Source of the DNA: an uncultured Acidobacteriota bacterium
GTDB lineage: Bacteria; Acidobacteriota; UBA6911
Length of the DNA stretch: 64,000 bases
Reading direction: 5' to 3'
Assembly: GCA_963809485.1 (NCBI GenBank)
Contig: CAWEJX010000004.1
Span: forward strand, 406,669 to 470,668
Made by a program: the position numbers and the translations under genes
Notes under the pieces: generated by a model
Told to the model about the DNA's origin: nothing
What the model saw: the letters and a program-made list of their open reading frames with translations, nothing else
Database searches by the model: none
Shown here: positions 1 through 11,171 of the stretch, piece after piece
How the letters are laid out: each line of letters starts with the position of its first letter
Position numbering within the stretch: the first letter of the stretch is position 1

Positions 1-3000
1 CGTATTCTCATGCGTTGGCATCACCAGAAGCGGCATGAGGTACTCGAACATCGAGCCGCTCCATGAAAGGAGAACCGGCTGTCCGCCGGGACCCGTGAGC
101 AAACGGCCCAGGGCAAACCAGCCTTCCTGTGGCAGTTGTCCCTGCGCAATCGCCACAAAACTGCAGAATCTGGCTTCCGAAGCCAGCAGGTCGTAATAGC
201 TCGAGTCCCGCCGTCGCTCACTAACGTTATACCCGATCGCCAATAGATGGTTGCCCTTGTCGAACAAAAAGCTATAGTCCATATCAGCGAGTTCACCGGA
301 TTGCATCGCAAGGCCTTCAATGGCGGCAATTCTCGCCTTGGCCCGCCGGGTCCCCTCCGTGATAAGCCTTTGAATTTCGCTAAACCATTCGCTCTCAGCC
401 GGGCACGCCTCCAAGCCAAGCTGGTCCTTGATTGCCGGCAGCAGCTTTAGATCAAGCCTTGCCAATTCGCGCAACGTTGGGATTTCATCGAGGCTCGGAA
501 ACTCGCTGAGTCTATTCGGGGATGTCTGAAGCGATATCCACGGAACAAGAAACTTCAGCTCATCGAGGGCATCCTGGCATTGCCGCGCAAGGGCGAGTGC
601 CCACCGCTTTGCCTCGCTCTCGGGATCAGCATCCAGGCTATCCGCTACCTTAGCGGCGAAGCCCGCCAACCGGCCGAGGCGTTGCCGTGCCTCCGCGAGC
701 GTGGATGGCGGGGAATCGGATTCCAAATCCTTTTGAAGCTGATTGAGCCGGGTTGGAGCTGTTCCTCTGGTAGCGTCCACGAGGATTCTCAGCGTGTCCC
801 TGGGCCCGTCAAACAATCGCGCTCCCAGGATTTTGCAGTCTGGAAGTGCGAACAGCCCCTGCCGAAGGGTCAGTAAATGACCCGCGAGGTTTCCGCTGTC
901 TACTGTCGAAATGTACATGGGCAGCAGCGGCTTCAAGGACAGCGTGTCGTACCAGTTATAGAAGTGGCCTCTGTGGCGCTCCAATGCTTCCATCGTGCGC
1001 AGTGCGTTTGCTGTGCGTTCCAGGAGTTGGCCGGCCGAGATGTATCCAAAATCGTATGCGGACAGATTCGCCAGCAACGCAAGTCCCATGTTCGTCGGCG
1101 ACGTGCGGTGTCCGACGATTGCAGCCGGCTGCTCCTGATAGTTGTCAGGCGGCAGCCAATGATCCTCCGAGCCGACGAATGTTTCGAAGTAGGCCCAGGT
1201 CTTCCGGGAAAGCTTTTGAAGAAAGATAGTCTGGTCGGCTGTCAGCCGTGCTGCGCGGCGAGAGAGCGGCCGGCTAATCCACCATGCGATAATGGGGGAG
1301 GCGAGCCAGATTGCCAGTATTGGCGCAGCCGCACCGGCAGCGGCCGGCTTTGCGAGCGCCAGATGGACTGCAGTGGCAACCGCAATCGCGGGGGCAAGCC
1401 ACATCATTCGCCAGAAAGCCGCGATATCCGTGCGGCGATTGCGATCCGGATCGACCGAGAGACTCCATTCGAGAATTCTCCTGTGCGTAACCAGCATCCG
1501 AACAGCAGTACGCACAATCGCATCCAGACTGAAGTATGCTTCGTAAGGGAGACATAGGATCATAAATGCCGCCTGCGCGAAGTGCCTGGTTGCGCCATGC
1601 ACTCCGGCGGCGAGATGTTGACTCAAAACTGCATCATCCGGTTTTCGAAGCAGATCCAACACGAAGGTTATCAAAGAAGGAATCAGGATAATTCCAGCGA
1701 TAGACAGGGTCCAAAACCATGGCCGTGACATGAGCATCCAGCCCAATAGCAGAAGCGCTGTCAACGCTGCAGACACGAGACTGCGGCGAAGATTGTCGAG
1801 GATTTTCCATCGAGACAATCCGGAGAGCGGATTCTTCTGCCGGCGCCCGCCGAGACCGGGAACGCGCGGCAGCAGCCATCGTGCAATTTGCCAATCTCCG
1901 CGAATCCAGCGGTGCCGACGATCTACATCCGCGCTGTAGTCGCATGGATACTCCTCATACAACGGTACATCACTCAACAATCCCGAGCGTGCGTAGCACC
2001 CTTCCAGAAGGTCGTGGCTGAGAATCCGGTTTTCTGGCAATCGCCCCTTGAGCGACTGCTCGAACGCATCAACATCATAGATCCCCTTGCCGATGAACGA
2101 GCCTTCATGAAAGAGGTCCTGATAAACATCGGAGACGGCGCGTGTGTATGGGTCGATGCCGGGCTCACTCCCGAACAGCTTCGCGTAGCGCGACCGGTTC
2201 GAACCCGGAAGACTTGATGCCACACGCGGCTGAAGGATGCCATATCCATCACCAATGCGCTGCTTATCTTCATCGTACCGCGGACGATTCAGCGGGTGCG
2301 CCATGGCTCCAACAAGCTGACAGGCCGAATCGCGCGGGAGTTGCGTGTCGGTATCAAGCGTAATCACATACTTCACGTTCGATAAGACTTCGGTTGCGCC
2401 GATCACCTCCGAAAAATGATCCTCAGCGCCTCCGCGCAGAAGCGAATTTAGCTCTGCAAGCTTCCCTCGTTTGCGCTCGTACCCCATCCAAATTTTTTCT
2501 CCGGGATTCCATCGGCGCGGGCGATGAAAGAGGAAAAAAGCGCTGCCTTTTGCATTCCAGTATTTTTGGTTCAACTCCTCAATTCGCTTCCGGGCGAGCC
2601 GCAGCAGCGGCTCGTCCTCCGGAAGCGTTTCTTTCTGCGCGTCAGGGAAATCCGTCAATAGGCCGAAATGCAGGTTGTCGTCTCGATTTGCCAGAAAACG
2701 AACCTCGAGCGCCTCGACCAGATCTTCGATGTTTTGGACACTTGAGAGCCTGGTCGGGATCACAACCAGCGTGCGTGATTCCGGCGGAATTCCTGTGGAG
2801 AAATCCATGCGCGGCAGCAAGTCCGGCGTTGACAGCAATCCCGCCAGCCAGTTTGCAAGCGTAACCGCCAGATGACTTCCGCACAGCAGCAAAGGGACGC
2901 CAATCAGGACGAGTAGAAAAACAGGCAATCCGTCGCTATGCGCCTCCACCAGTAATCCTCCGGCAATAATCACCGTGATCAAGGTGACGGCGCCCAGATA

Positions 3001-4251
3001 GAGGAGCAACGGAAACCGGCGGCTCTTTCGCTGCAAAGCCGCCCGGATAGATTGGCGCTCCTCTGCCATTCGTTCGAACTCCGGCAAGCCTCTATCGATC
3101 AGGTAAAATCCAACATGGGCCTCCCGGTCATTGCGGCCTTTCTGAGCCGCTCCCTCGCAGGCTAATTGGATCGCTTTGCGCGCGACCTCGCCTTCGGATA
3201 GTTTGCTGCGCTTCGCTATCCTCTCAACCACGTGACGGTATCTATCACGGGTGGCAAAATCCATCTTGCCGTAGATTTCGCCGGGATCGGAACGTAAGGT
3301 CTGCTCGACGACGCTCATGGTCTCGACGAACTCTCGCCAATCCATCGCGCTTAGAAATCGGAGACTGCCGATACTGTTGCTTATGGAAACCTGATCGGCA
3401 GCCTGTTGCTGGTTCTCAGATCGAACTGATTTTTCGATCGTCCCGCCAGACTCGGAGAGACGCTGCTCAATCCAGGTAAGCGGCAACGCCAGAGCGGTAC
3501 TCTGTCCCTGTAGCCGGCGCGCAAATTCCGCAACAAACGAGCTCGACGCCGGAGGATTCGATCGCGCCATGTCCGCGACCACCAAAATCAGGTTCTTCGG
3601 ATCCTTGTCGGAAATCTCAATCATCTCGTCGGCCCAATGGTCGGCGCGATTCTGGTCGGCCTTGTCGGCGGCTATCCGGGCTCCGACACGCCGGAGATTT
3701 TCAATCAACGCGAGACGCAGCATGATCGGGATGGCCCACAATTCGCCCAACTTCAACGGGGTGACGGTCTGATAGCTTGCCACGAAGCTGCTGAGCGCTT
3801 CGGGATCCACGCGTCCATCACTGTGCGAAATCGTCTCCAGAGCAATGTCATACACCCGCGGAAGATGAGATGGATTGCTCAGCAAGCGGGGTAGTTCCCT
3901 GCTATAACCTTTTGGCAAGTGTCTCTTGGCCGTGTGAATCTGCTCCTCGATCAGATAAAAGTTATCGAGCAGCCACTCCCCGGCCGGTGTAATCCTGCGG
4001 TTCGCTTTAACAGCATCCGCGAGAAGGTTGCGGATGCCAATGAGTACTTCTTCATTCTCGGCCAGCCTTGTCAGAAGCCGGTCTGAAGCGCGTCCCATAC
4101 TCAACTTGTGGGAGCCGGCCAGAGTCGCGCCATGCTGCTTCATCTGGGCTCGGCTGAATAGCTCTGATCGCAGCGGCGGCTCGTTATCGCCATACGTCTT
4201 TTCCGGGCCATTACTGCGGAGGCTCGCACTGAAATGCCGCAGGTTTCCCAT
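1..4251 (-). CDS. ndvB: Cyclic beta-1,2-glucan synthase (Cgs/NdvB, GH94-containing family), runs off the left edge
   Basis: Manual minus-strand translation from ATG at 4251 gives MGNLRH...EPPLRSELFS...ITPAGEWLLDNFYLIEEQI...LPKGYSRELPRL. At the window edge the same frame reads SWSGSMFEYLMPLLVMP. Both are typical Cgs/NdvB motifs. It is missing from the ORF track because no stop codon falls inside the window. Confidence 0.9.
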   Translation of the reverse strand, partial: MGNLRHFSASLRSNGPEKTYGDNEPPLRSELFSRAQMKQHGATLAGSHKLSMGRASDRLLTRLAENEEVLIGIRNLLADAVKANRRITPAGEWLLDNFYLIEEQIHTAKRHLPKGYSRELPRLLSNPSHLPRVYDIALETISHSDGRVDPEALSSFVASYQTVTPLKLGELWAIPIMLRLALIENLRRVGARIAADKADQNRADHWADEMIEISDKDPKNLILVVADMARSNPPASSSFVAEFARRLQGQSTALALPLTWIEQRLSESGGTIEKSVRSENQQQAADQVSISNSIGSLRFLSAMDWREFVETMSVVEQTLRSDPGEIYGKMDFATRDRYRHVVERIAKRSKLSEGEVARKAIQLACEGAAQKGRNDREAHVGFYLIDRGLPEFERMAEERQSIRAALQRKSRRFPLLLYLGAVTLITVIIAGGLLVEAHSDGLPVFLLVLIGVPLLLCGSHLAVTLANWLAGLLSTPDLLPRMDFSTGIPPESRTLVVIPTRLSSVQNIEDLVEALEVRFLANRDDNLHFGLLTDFPDAQKETLPEDEPLLRLARKRIEELNQKYWNAKGSAFFLFHRPRRWNPGEKIWMGYERKRGKLAELNSLLRGGAEDHFSEVIGATEVLSNVKYVITLDTDTQLPRDSACQLVGAMAHPLNRPRYDEDKQRIGDGYGILQPRVASSLPGSNRSRYAKLFGSEPGIDPYTRAVSDVYQDLFHEGSFIGKGIYDVDAFEQSLKGRLPENRILSHDLLEGCYARSGLLSDVPLYEEYPCDYSADVDRRHRWIRGDWQIARWLLPRVPGLGGRRQKNPLSGLSRWKILDNLRRSLVSAALTALLLLGWMLMSRPWFWTLSIAGIILIPSLITFVLDLLRKPDDAVLSQHLAAGVHGATRHFAQAAFMILCLPYEAYFSLDAIVRTAVRMLVTHRRILEWSLSVDPDRNRRTDIAAFWRMMWLAPAIAVATAVHLALAKPAAAGAAAPILAIWLASPIIAWWISRPLSRRAARLTADQTIFLQKLSRKTWAYFETFVGSEDHWLPPDNYQEQPAAIVGHRTSPTNMGLALLANLSAYDFGYISAGQLLERTANALRTMEALERHRGHFYNWYDTLSLKPLLPMYISTVDSGNLAGHLLTLRQGLFALPDCKILGARLFDGPRDTLRILVDATRGTAPTRLNQLQKDLESDSPPSTLAEARQRLGRLAGFAAKVADSLDADPESEAKRWALALARQCQDALDELKFLVPWISLQTSPNRLSEFPSLDEIPTLRELARLDLKLLPAIKDQLGLEACPAESEWFSEIQRLITEGTRRAKARIAAIEGLAMQSGELADMDYSFLFDKGNHLLAIGYNVSERRRDSSYYDLLASEARFCSFVAIAQGQLPQEGWFALGRLLTGPGGQPVLLSWSGSMFEYLMPLLVMPTHENT

Positions 4252-4556
4252 TACCGTCCGGCTTGCCTTCAAGTTGATCCCCCCTATTTGGCAGCAAACT
4301 CTCAAAAACGCGGACCGCAACCAGAGACGCTCATTGGGATCGGTCCCGGAGCGGATCGATCCGTTCGATCCCAAAACCTGCGATGCTGTTTTCGCTTTAG
4401 CCGGACACAGCAATTGTTGTTTGCGCTGTTTTGTTTTCCAGTCCCGATGCCTGCCGCAAGAGTCCGACAGCGCTTTTTAAAATGAAGTCGAAGAAGCAAA
4501 AAAACGCCCGGGGCCTAATCCTTGTCGTTAGGACGCATTCCAGTGACAGGCAATGA

Positions 4557-5936
4557 CTACTCCTTGATGCAATTGACGCGCTGACTTTTAAAATCTGCGT
4601 ATGCCTTGCAGTCCACACGGATATTGCTCCGGTACGAGAGATTGGCCACAAGGCTGATTAGCGGCGCGCGGCGCTGCCACACGTTGCTGCATAGCCTCCG
4701 CAGAATGCGCGGCACGGAATAGAATTCCCGATTGCAGGACATCATCTCCTGGATGACAGCGTCCAGAGACAGATTTGTATATTGAGCCACAGGATAGGTC
4801 AGCGTGTAGTACTTCCAGTCGCCCGGGTAAGTATTGAGAGCGATGCGACCGTCCGCCTTCATCTGATCCCACAAGCGCGTACCGGGAAGGGGCGTTAGAA
4901 ACAGAGCATTGAGATTGTCCAGGCCGTAATGGCTGGCCATGTCGGCGATACGTTCTCCGATGCCCGATTGGTCCACGTCCAAGCCGATGATAAAGGATCC
5001 CACGATCATTATGTTGTGTCGTTGTATGCGCCGGACGGAGGCGCGGATATCGCGGCCCTTCAAAAGGTTGAATTTCTTGCCGAGCTCCAGGAGCCCTTCC
5101 GGAGAGGGGGATTCAAAGCCGATGAAGACACCTCTGCACCCAGCCTTCGAGGCCAACGCCATGAGTTCTTCGTCATCGGCAAAGTTAATGGTGGCTTGGC
5201 CAACCCATTCCTTTTGCAGGTTTGCCTTCGCCATGGCGCGGAACAGGTCTTTGGCGCGCGCGATGTGTCCCGTGCGAGTGCCAATGAGGTTGTCGTCAAC
5301 CACCAAAACCCGTTTCTCGCGGATCGACTGGAATTCCCGTATGACATCCGGAATAGGCCGCTGCCGGTAGCGGGCCCCGTTAAATGCCGTCACGCTGCAA
5401 AAGGTGCAGTTTAGGGGACAGCCGCGCGTGGTCTGAATGGCCCCAAAGGCATATTTTGCAGGCAACAGATCATGACGCGCAAGCGGGACATCCTTTATCT
5501 CGGCCAGCCCTCCGTTATATCGGGGCTTCAGGTTGCCCCGCCGGGCGTCCTCCAGGACCTGCGGCCAGACGGCCTCGGCTTCTCCCGTGACCACGGAATC
5601 CACGCGCGCCATGACCTCGTCCAGGCACATGGTGGCGTGGATGCCGCCCATGATGACGGGCACGCCCAGACGACGGAAGAAACCGGCTACTTCATAGGCG
5701 CGGTTCGCCTGCGAGGTGAAGGCGGTAATTCCCACCAGGTCCGGCCTCGGCATTGCCGGATAGTCAGGCTTACCAAGATTCTCGTCAACGATCGTAATCT
5801 CCCATTCTGGTGAAGTCAGGCCTGCGAGAACCATAAGGCTGAGCGGCTTCCACACCCGGTAACGGTTCCATCGGCTTTCCTTGACTTTGACGATGCTTAC
5901 CAGGGGATTGGATGGATTGATCAGATATAGTCGCAT
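4557..5936 (-). CDS. B12-binding domain radical SAM protein
   Basis: N-terminal cobalamin-binding region (VIMGGIHAT) and radical SAM motif TTRGCPLNCTFC; VDDN, FIGFES and LTPLPGT motifs. Confidence 0.9.
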   Translation of the reverse strand: MRLYLINPSNPLVSIVKVKESRWNRYRVWKPLSLMVLAGLTSPEWEITIVDENLGKPDYPAMPRPDLVGITAFTSQANRAYEVAGFFRRLGVPVIMGGIHATMCLDEVMARVDSVVTGEAEAVWPQVLEDARRGNLKPRYNGGLAEIKDVPLARHDLLPAKYAFGAIQTTRGCPLNCTFCSVTAFNGARYRQRPIPDVIREFQSIREKRVLVVDDNLIGTRTGHIARAKDLFRAMAKANLQKEWVGQATINFADDEELMALASKAGCRGVFIGFESPSPEGLLELGKKFNLLKGRDIRASVRRIQRHNIMIVGSFIIGLDVDQSGIGERIADMASHYGLDNLNALFLTPLPGTRLWDQMKADGRIALNTYPGDWKYYTLTYPVAQYTNLSLDAVIQEMMSCNREFYSVPRILRRLCSNVWQRRAPLISLVANLSYRSNIRVDCKAYADFKSQRVNCIKE

Positions 5937-6324
5937 GGCGTCCATTCACTCAGAGATAGGAATTCAGCTTATACATACCCTGGCAGCAATCCGGTGTCAG
6001 CGCAGTTCTGCTCACGCTTATGTTCAAAATTGCTCATCCTGGATGTATTTGGCAAATTCGCTCAATGAACCATCCGGAAGGACCGGCCCGCGGGCCGACA
6101 CCGCGGGATCATGGGACTGAAATGGTCATCCTGCTCGGTGAACGCCAATAATCGATGGCATAGGTTCGCGGACCATTGCTATCCGGTTCAAGCCTTCCTT
6201 TTGTGTATTCCCGAAAATCATACGTTTGTACTGCTCTGCGCTTCCGGAATGGGCAATCTATCTTTCCGCCCCTCCGGCTGAGCCGGGTTCATCATGGAGA
6301 ATTGCAGAGGACTCGACATCGATT

Positions 6325-6982
6325 CTATTTGTGCAAGACTATGCCAAGGAGGCCACTATGGACCGTCAATCCGCTGCGGTCGTGGTCGATCAAGCCAAGG
6401 TTCCCGAACTTCCGCAAAAGGCGACTAATTTGCGATCGGGTCGTGCCGACCATTTGCGCCAGGCTATCCTGACTGACTTCTGGGAAGTATAGTTTCGGCT
6501 CTGCTTTCCTTGCCATAGTGAGCGAGCAGCAATAGGATTTGAGCCAGACGGCTCTCGCTTGAGTTGAGAAGATGGTCAACGAGAGTTTCCTGGTATTGGC
6601 TTCTGCGTGAAAGCAGATGCTGGACAAACAGCTCCGAAATGTCGTGCTGTTCGTGGAGGATACGCGCCATCAGGGACTTCTCAATCTTGTCGAGAGTGCA
6701 ATCTGTCATGGCCATAGCCGTCGCCATGCGCGATGTCTGACCTGCAAGACATCCCTCACCGAAGAACTCGCCGGGGCTTAGAATGGCAACAATCGCCTCC
6801 TTGCCCTGTCGGGACATAACCGTGAGCTTCACTTTGCCTCGCCTGAGATAGAACAAAGAATCCGCAGGCTGTCCTTGCCGGAAGATGCTGCGGTTCGTTC
6901 CGTATTCTATAATGGTCTTCCCGCGGAAGACGCCAGTGAGGACAGCTTCCCAATCGACAGTGTGGTCTTTCTTATCCGGCAT
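6325..6982 (-). CDS. Crp/Fnr family transcriptional regulator, frameshifted near 6480
   Basis: cNMP-binding domain (IFRQGQPADSLFYL...GEFFGEGCL) in ORF 6464-6982; HTH (SQDSLAQMVGTTRSQIS) continues in ORF 6325-6627. One extra base joins the two. Confidence 0.85.
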
Positions 6983-7245
6983 AACAATCTCAGGCTGCTT
7001 GTTTTAGCTGAGCCGTAACATCAGGATCAACTTTTTTTGGGGCAATGCGTCCTGCCCGCTCACGAGTTAGCGTCACCGTAATGCGGTTTCACTTGGCTTT
7101 TGAAGGGCTCAGTAAAGACATCACAATTTTACGTCAAACGGATATGATAATCAAACGGATGAGAGGCTCCGGCGACAATCCGCTGGCTTTCTACCGGCCT
7201 GGTGGGCAAGCTCTCATAGCCGCATTGGCCTTGTTTGAATAAGCT

Positions 7246-7311
7246 TAACCGCAGATTTCCACAGATCCAGGGCGCAGTATCGGTGAAAATCCGCAAAAGT
7301 CCGCGGTTGAA
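7246..7311. repeat. Small palindromic REP-like element
   Basis: AACCGCAGATTT...AAGTCCGCGGTT imperfect inverted repeat with internal CAGAT/ATC repeats, in an intergenic region. Confidence 0.35.
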
Positions 7312-7323
7312 TATTTTGGGGAA

Positions 7324-8808
7324 CTAAGGCGACCGTTCAAAAATCTTGCGGAAGTGAAAGCCGTAGATTGCAAAGGTGATTGCCATCGGGAAAAGCTCGG
7401 GACGGCGAAACAGCGACCAGAAAAAAAGCTTCCAATAGTGGATTCGCTCTTTACCGACGACTCCCAAAAAGACAATGGATTTGGAAAGCGCTATAAGGTG
7501 GGTTGTGCGGATTCGTGCCCTTCTGCTATGAAGCGGCTTGTAGGTCCTCAGGAATTCAAGAACGCGCGCGTAGTATTCCTTTGGAGAGTAGATTGTCCCA
7601 ACGACTTTCTTGTACCCGTCCAGGAGAACCTCAGCGTTCATCTTAGGGATGAAATTCAGCGAGAAGTCCGTGTTGTCCCCGGTGCTGGAACTCAGCAGCC
7701 TTCCCTCTGCGACTAATCGCTGATGAAGCCGGGTCCCGCGAGGGGCGTTCAGGATCCCGACCATGGCGGTGACAATACCGCTGTCACGTATGAATGCGAT
7801 GAGTGTATTAAAAATTGACGGCGGATCATTGTCAAAACCCAGGATGAATCCCGCCGTAGACCTGAAGCCCGGAACGCTGGATGGCATGGACAGAGCCGAG
7901 CAAATCACGGTTCTTGTTGGGTATCTTCCTGCATTCGAGCAGGCTGCTTTCGTTGGGGCTCTCGATACCCACAAAAACGCTTTCAAATCCTGCCCGCACC
8001 ATCAGGTGCATCAGCTCCTCGTCATCAGACATGTTGAGGGATGCCTCGGTGGAGAGAGAAAACGGATGGTCGTAGCGGTCCATCCACTCGATGAGACCGG
8101 GAAGAATCTGCTCCTTTAGTTTGCCTTTGTTCCCGATGAAGTTGTCATCGACGAAGAACACATGTCCGCGCCATCCGAGCAGGCGCAGCTGGTCCATCTC
8201 CGCGATGATTTGCTCAATGGTTTTTGTGCGCGGTACGCGCCCGTAAAGAACGGTGATATCGCAGAACTCGCAGTCGTAGGGACAGCCCCGCGAGTATTGA
8301 AGGTTCATGCTCGCGTAGTGGCGGAAGTCTATGAGTTCCCAAAGAGGGGCCGGTGTCGTTGTGATGTCGGCCCACTGCGTTGTGGTGTAGAGATGCTGTG
8401 CGCGGGAATGGGCGAGATCCTCAAGAAAGAGCGGGAGGGTGATTTCCGCCTCATTCAGCACAAAGTGATCCACACCCTCGAATTCATCATGCCGTGCGGT
8501 AAACAGAGGGCCGCCGGCAACGACCTTTGTCCCGAGTCTGTTGCATCGCTCTATGACAGCTCTGTGCAGACGCCTCCTGAACGGACATCGCACTCAGAAA
8601 CACATAGTCTGCCCGGGCTATCTCGCTGTCTTTGAGCGCACGGACATTGAGATCAACCAGCGTTTTCTGCCATTCGGCCGGGGAGCATGGCAGCCACGGT
8701 CAAAAGGCCCAGGGGCGGTTCGCCGGCTTTCTTTGAAACAAACCTTAATGCGTGCCTGAAGCTCCAGAATGTATCGGGAACCCGGGGGGAGACAAGGAGG
8801 ATTTTCAT
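7324..8808 (-). CDS. B12-binding radical SAM protein (DUF4070/HpnP-like), with three apparent +1 frameshifts
   Basis: Starts [21 protein letters not shown]...[12 protein letters not shown]; contains [13 protein letters not shown] and GFILGFDND. Reading-frame breaks at about 8683, 8560 and 7860. Confidence 0.85.
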
Positions 8809-8929
8809 GGCACTCTTCCTTCGCAGTGAAGGCGGGACCGGAAAGGAAGGAATCTTGACAAAACGTTCTCTCGTCGGACTTCCCTTGTCACGCCATACAA
8901 AAGCACATGCGTTTGTGCGATACTTGATT

Positions 8930-9058
8930 TTAAGCCTTTCTCAAGGGCGAATCCATTCCCAGTTGAAACTCCCGGCATCGGGAAAGATCTTGCGCGTAGA
9001 TCAAAGATATTGAAAGCGCAGCCCCTAAAACCAAAATCACGAAGTTTCGAGCACTGAT
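8930..9058 (-). pseudogene. N-terminal remnant of an exported protein
   Basis: Reads ISARNFVILVLGAALSISLIYAQDLSRCREFQLGM (signal peptide plus start of a mature domain), then stops. Confidence 0.35.
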
Positions 9059-9178
9059 CCTTGACGCCCTCCTTAGGATTTGATCCTTTGCAATTTGAAG
9101 GGTGCATTCAACCGGAGAGATCAGCCGCACGGACGCGTCCGGCTGGCTCCTCCCGAACCACATCATGCCGTTCTCCCT

Positions 9179-9313
9179 TTATTGGGACTCGGCACTTGCG
9201 GCTCGTGCCCCTTTGCTTTCCAGCAATAGCTTCTTCCGCAACTCACGGGTGCGTTTTTGGCGGAGATTCCTTTTCATGCGTTCCCGATCAAACCTGGCTT
9301 TGTCGCCACTATA
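9179..9313 (-). CDS. Small basic protein, paralog of 14283-14411, start uncertain
   Basis: Reads YSGDKARFDRERMKRNLRQKRTRELRKKLLLESK...; an upstream in-frame TGA obscures the start. Confidence 0.45.
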   Translation of the reverse strand, partial: YSGDKARFDRERMKRNLRQKRTRELRKKLLLESKGARAASAESQ

Positions 9314-9348
9314 TCAATATAATTTATGGATAATCGGGTGTCCGTTCG

Positions 9349-9663
9349 CTATTCCGATGGTTTTTTAAACGATTTTCGCTTCAGGTTGGGATGGAGGGCG
9401 CGATATTGTGCAATATCTGATCCGGTTACCTGGACAAGATCGTACATCTGATTGGCGGTCTCGCTTCTGAGATCGGCCAAAACTTTTTGATAGCAGAGAT
9501 CGGGTGCTTCCTGAACCATCAACTGTTTCGTGAGAAAGACGGAGTTCAATATAGTCAATATGAGCAGCCTGACGCTCCTGTCTTCATTTTCTATTTTAAA
9601 CCCGTACTCTGAATACTCCGGCCTGGAAATCTTCCCAAGATACATCAACAGGGGAAAAATCAT
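9349..9663 (-). CDS. Hypothetical protein
   Basis: 104-aa ORF with protein-like composition (QEAPDLCYQKV) and a purine-rich upstream region. Confidence 0.6.
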   Translation of the reverse strand: MIFPLLMYLGKISRPEYSEYGFKIENEDRSVRLLILTILNSVFLTKQLMVQEAPDLCYQKVLADLRSETANQMYDLVQVTGSDIAQYRALHPNLKRKSFKKPSE

Positions 9664-10015
9664 TGGCGTCTTTCCTGTCTTAATCCAACCAAAACCCGTT
9701 CATATTTCCCGTCTGTGACCACAATCGGCATCTCGGAATGGGGCAATTTGTGGAAGTCTTGTAATAAGCCTTACCCTATAGTCCTGGTCGATCAGATGCG
9801 CGTTGCTCTTTCGATACATGAGTCTATCGAGTGTCAAATAGGAAAGATGTTCCATTACCCCGGCATCGGTAAGCTTAACAAAAACCAACTCTCAACCTTT
9901 TCTCCTGTATCCATGCAACGCCGACCGCACGCTTGTGCACGCGGACAGCTCTCTTCCGAGAATTCTCCAAGCTTTCGCATGTCATAAATTCTCTCTGGAA
10001 TTTGGTCCCCAAGTT

Positions 10016-10330
10016 TTACGCCGGGGCTTTGATTTTCTCGGTGCACGCAATTCTTATTTCGACCTGATCCAATTTATGCTCAACATCCGTTAGATCGGTC
10101 TGCATCACGGCACGCTTTTCGGCCGCAATCTCGGAACGGGCTTCGAGCCGCTTGATTCGTCGTTCCAGGGCAGCCCGATCGATTATCCAACAGATAAAGA
10201 CGAACAGCGAGGGAGTGAGCGCAGCAAAGAGCAGCAACGCATTAGCAGAGTTGTAAGCAATTCCATGCCATAGAGAGTAAAATGCGGCCGCTCCCCAAAA
10301 ACATGCCAGGTAGTTTTTCCACGCAATCAT
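10016..10330 (-). CDS. Small membrane protein with C-terminal coiled coil
   Basis: GGGAGG RBS before ATG 10330 (MIAWKNYL...); two hydrophobic segments, then a heptad-like region (LERRIKRLEAR...VEHKLDQVE). Confidence 0.6.
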   Translation of the reverse strand: MIAWKNYLACFWGAAAFYSLWHGIAYNSANALLLFAALTPSLFVFICWIIDRAALERRIKRLEARSEIAAEKRAVMQTDLTDVEHKLDQVEIRIACTEKIKAPA

Positions 10331-10427
10331 ACCGTCCTCCCGGATCCCTGCAACTCGCCGGATGCGATCTTTCTGCCGCAGAGGCCGCGCCATCCAACCA
10401 CTTCCATCTTTCTCATCCACGACCTTA

Positions 10428-10560
10428 GCCGCCTCTCCTTCGACATCTTCCGCAACGACTTACGGCAGCCGGCTGCTCCTCGCGATCTGGTCCAATGACG
10501 GGAGAGGCTCCTTCATCGAGTTGAACTTCTCCGCATGCGGCAAAATCAAATAGTCGCTCA
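10428..10560 (-). pseudogene. groEL: Decayed groEL fragment (apical-domain region)
   Basis: Translates to [40 protein letters not shown], resembling GroEL ...[30 protein letters not shown]; has an internal stop. Confidence 0.7.
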
Positions 10561-11171
10561 GTTCCGCTTTTAATGCTATACCTGCGGAATCCGTATATTG
10601 GGTCAATATTGCTCACATCTCTGGTTAATATTGCTCACTCTGGGAATGGAGGATGCGGAGCAAATGGAGGGAAAAGCCCTGGTTGGCAATCTCTCCACCT
10701 CCGCGGGAAAATGAAGTCCCATGATTTTTTTTATAAACGGGATCCGTAGAATCCGGGTTTCGAATTGGCGTCCAGGATTATGCGCCGCTGTCCTATGCCG
10801 AGATCCTCGGTATATTTCAGGTCAGTCATTCAGACCATCAACAGGCTACGGACCGAACCTCCAAAGATCCGCCAATTTGATACTTTTGAGGCTTGCTTGC
10901 CTTGCGTTTCCAATAGCATTTTAGCCTTTGAATTTGGGAGAACACATTTTGAGCAGCGGTTGTCAGCTGCTTCCGGTATCGCCGTTATCCTGGGAGTTCG
11001 AATCCAGGCCACTTGTCCCGCTATCGACTACAGGACCAAGCAGAGTATCTGAGACACCGCTCACTGCTTCCGCTGAGACTCCGCGGGATTTGCCGTGATC
11101 TCCAATCGATGTTGCTTATGGTAAGAAGATTTCCAGTAGGCTGCTCGCACCGCAGGCTCTACGCGTGTGAG

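Noticed and set aside
247-4480. Numerous plus-strand ORFs over the cgs gene
   Set aside because: Antisense shadows of the long minus-strand cgs frame, with no recognisable motifs.
10985-11012. GTTCGAATCC resembling a tRNA T-loop
   Set aside because: The flanks do not form a canonical 5-bp T-stem, and I found no acceptor or anticodon arms.
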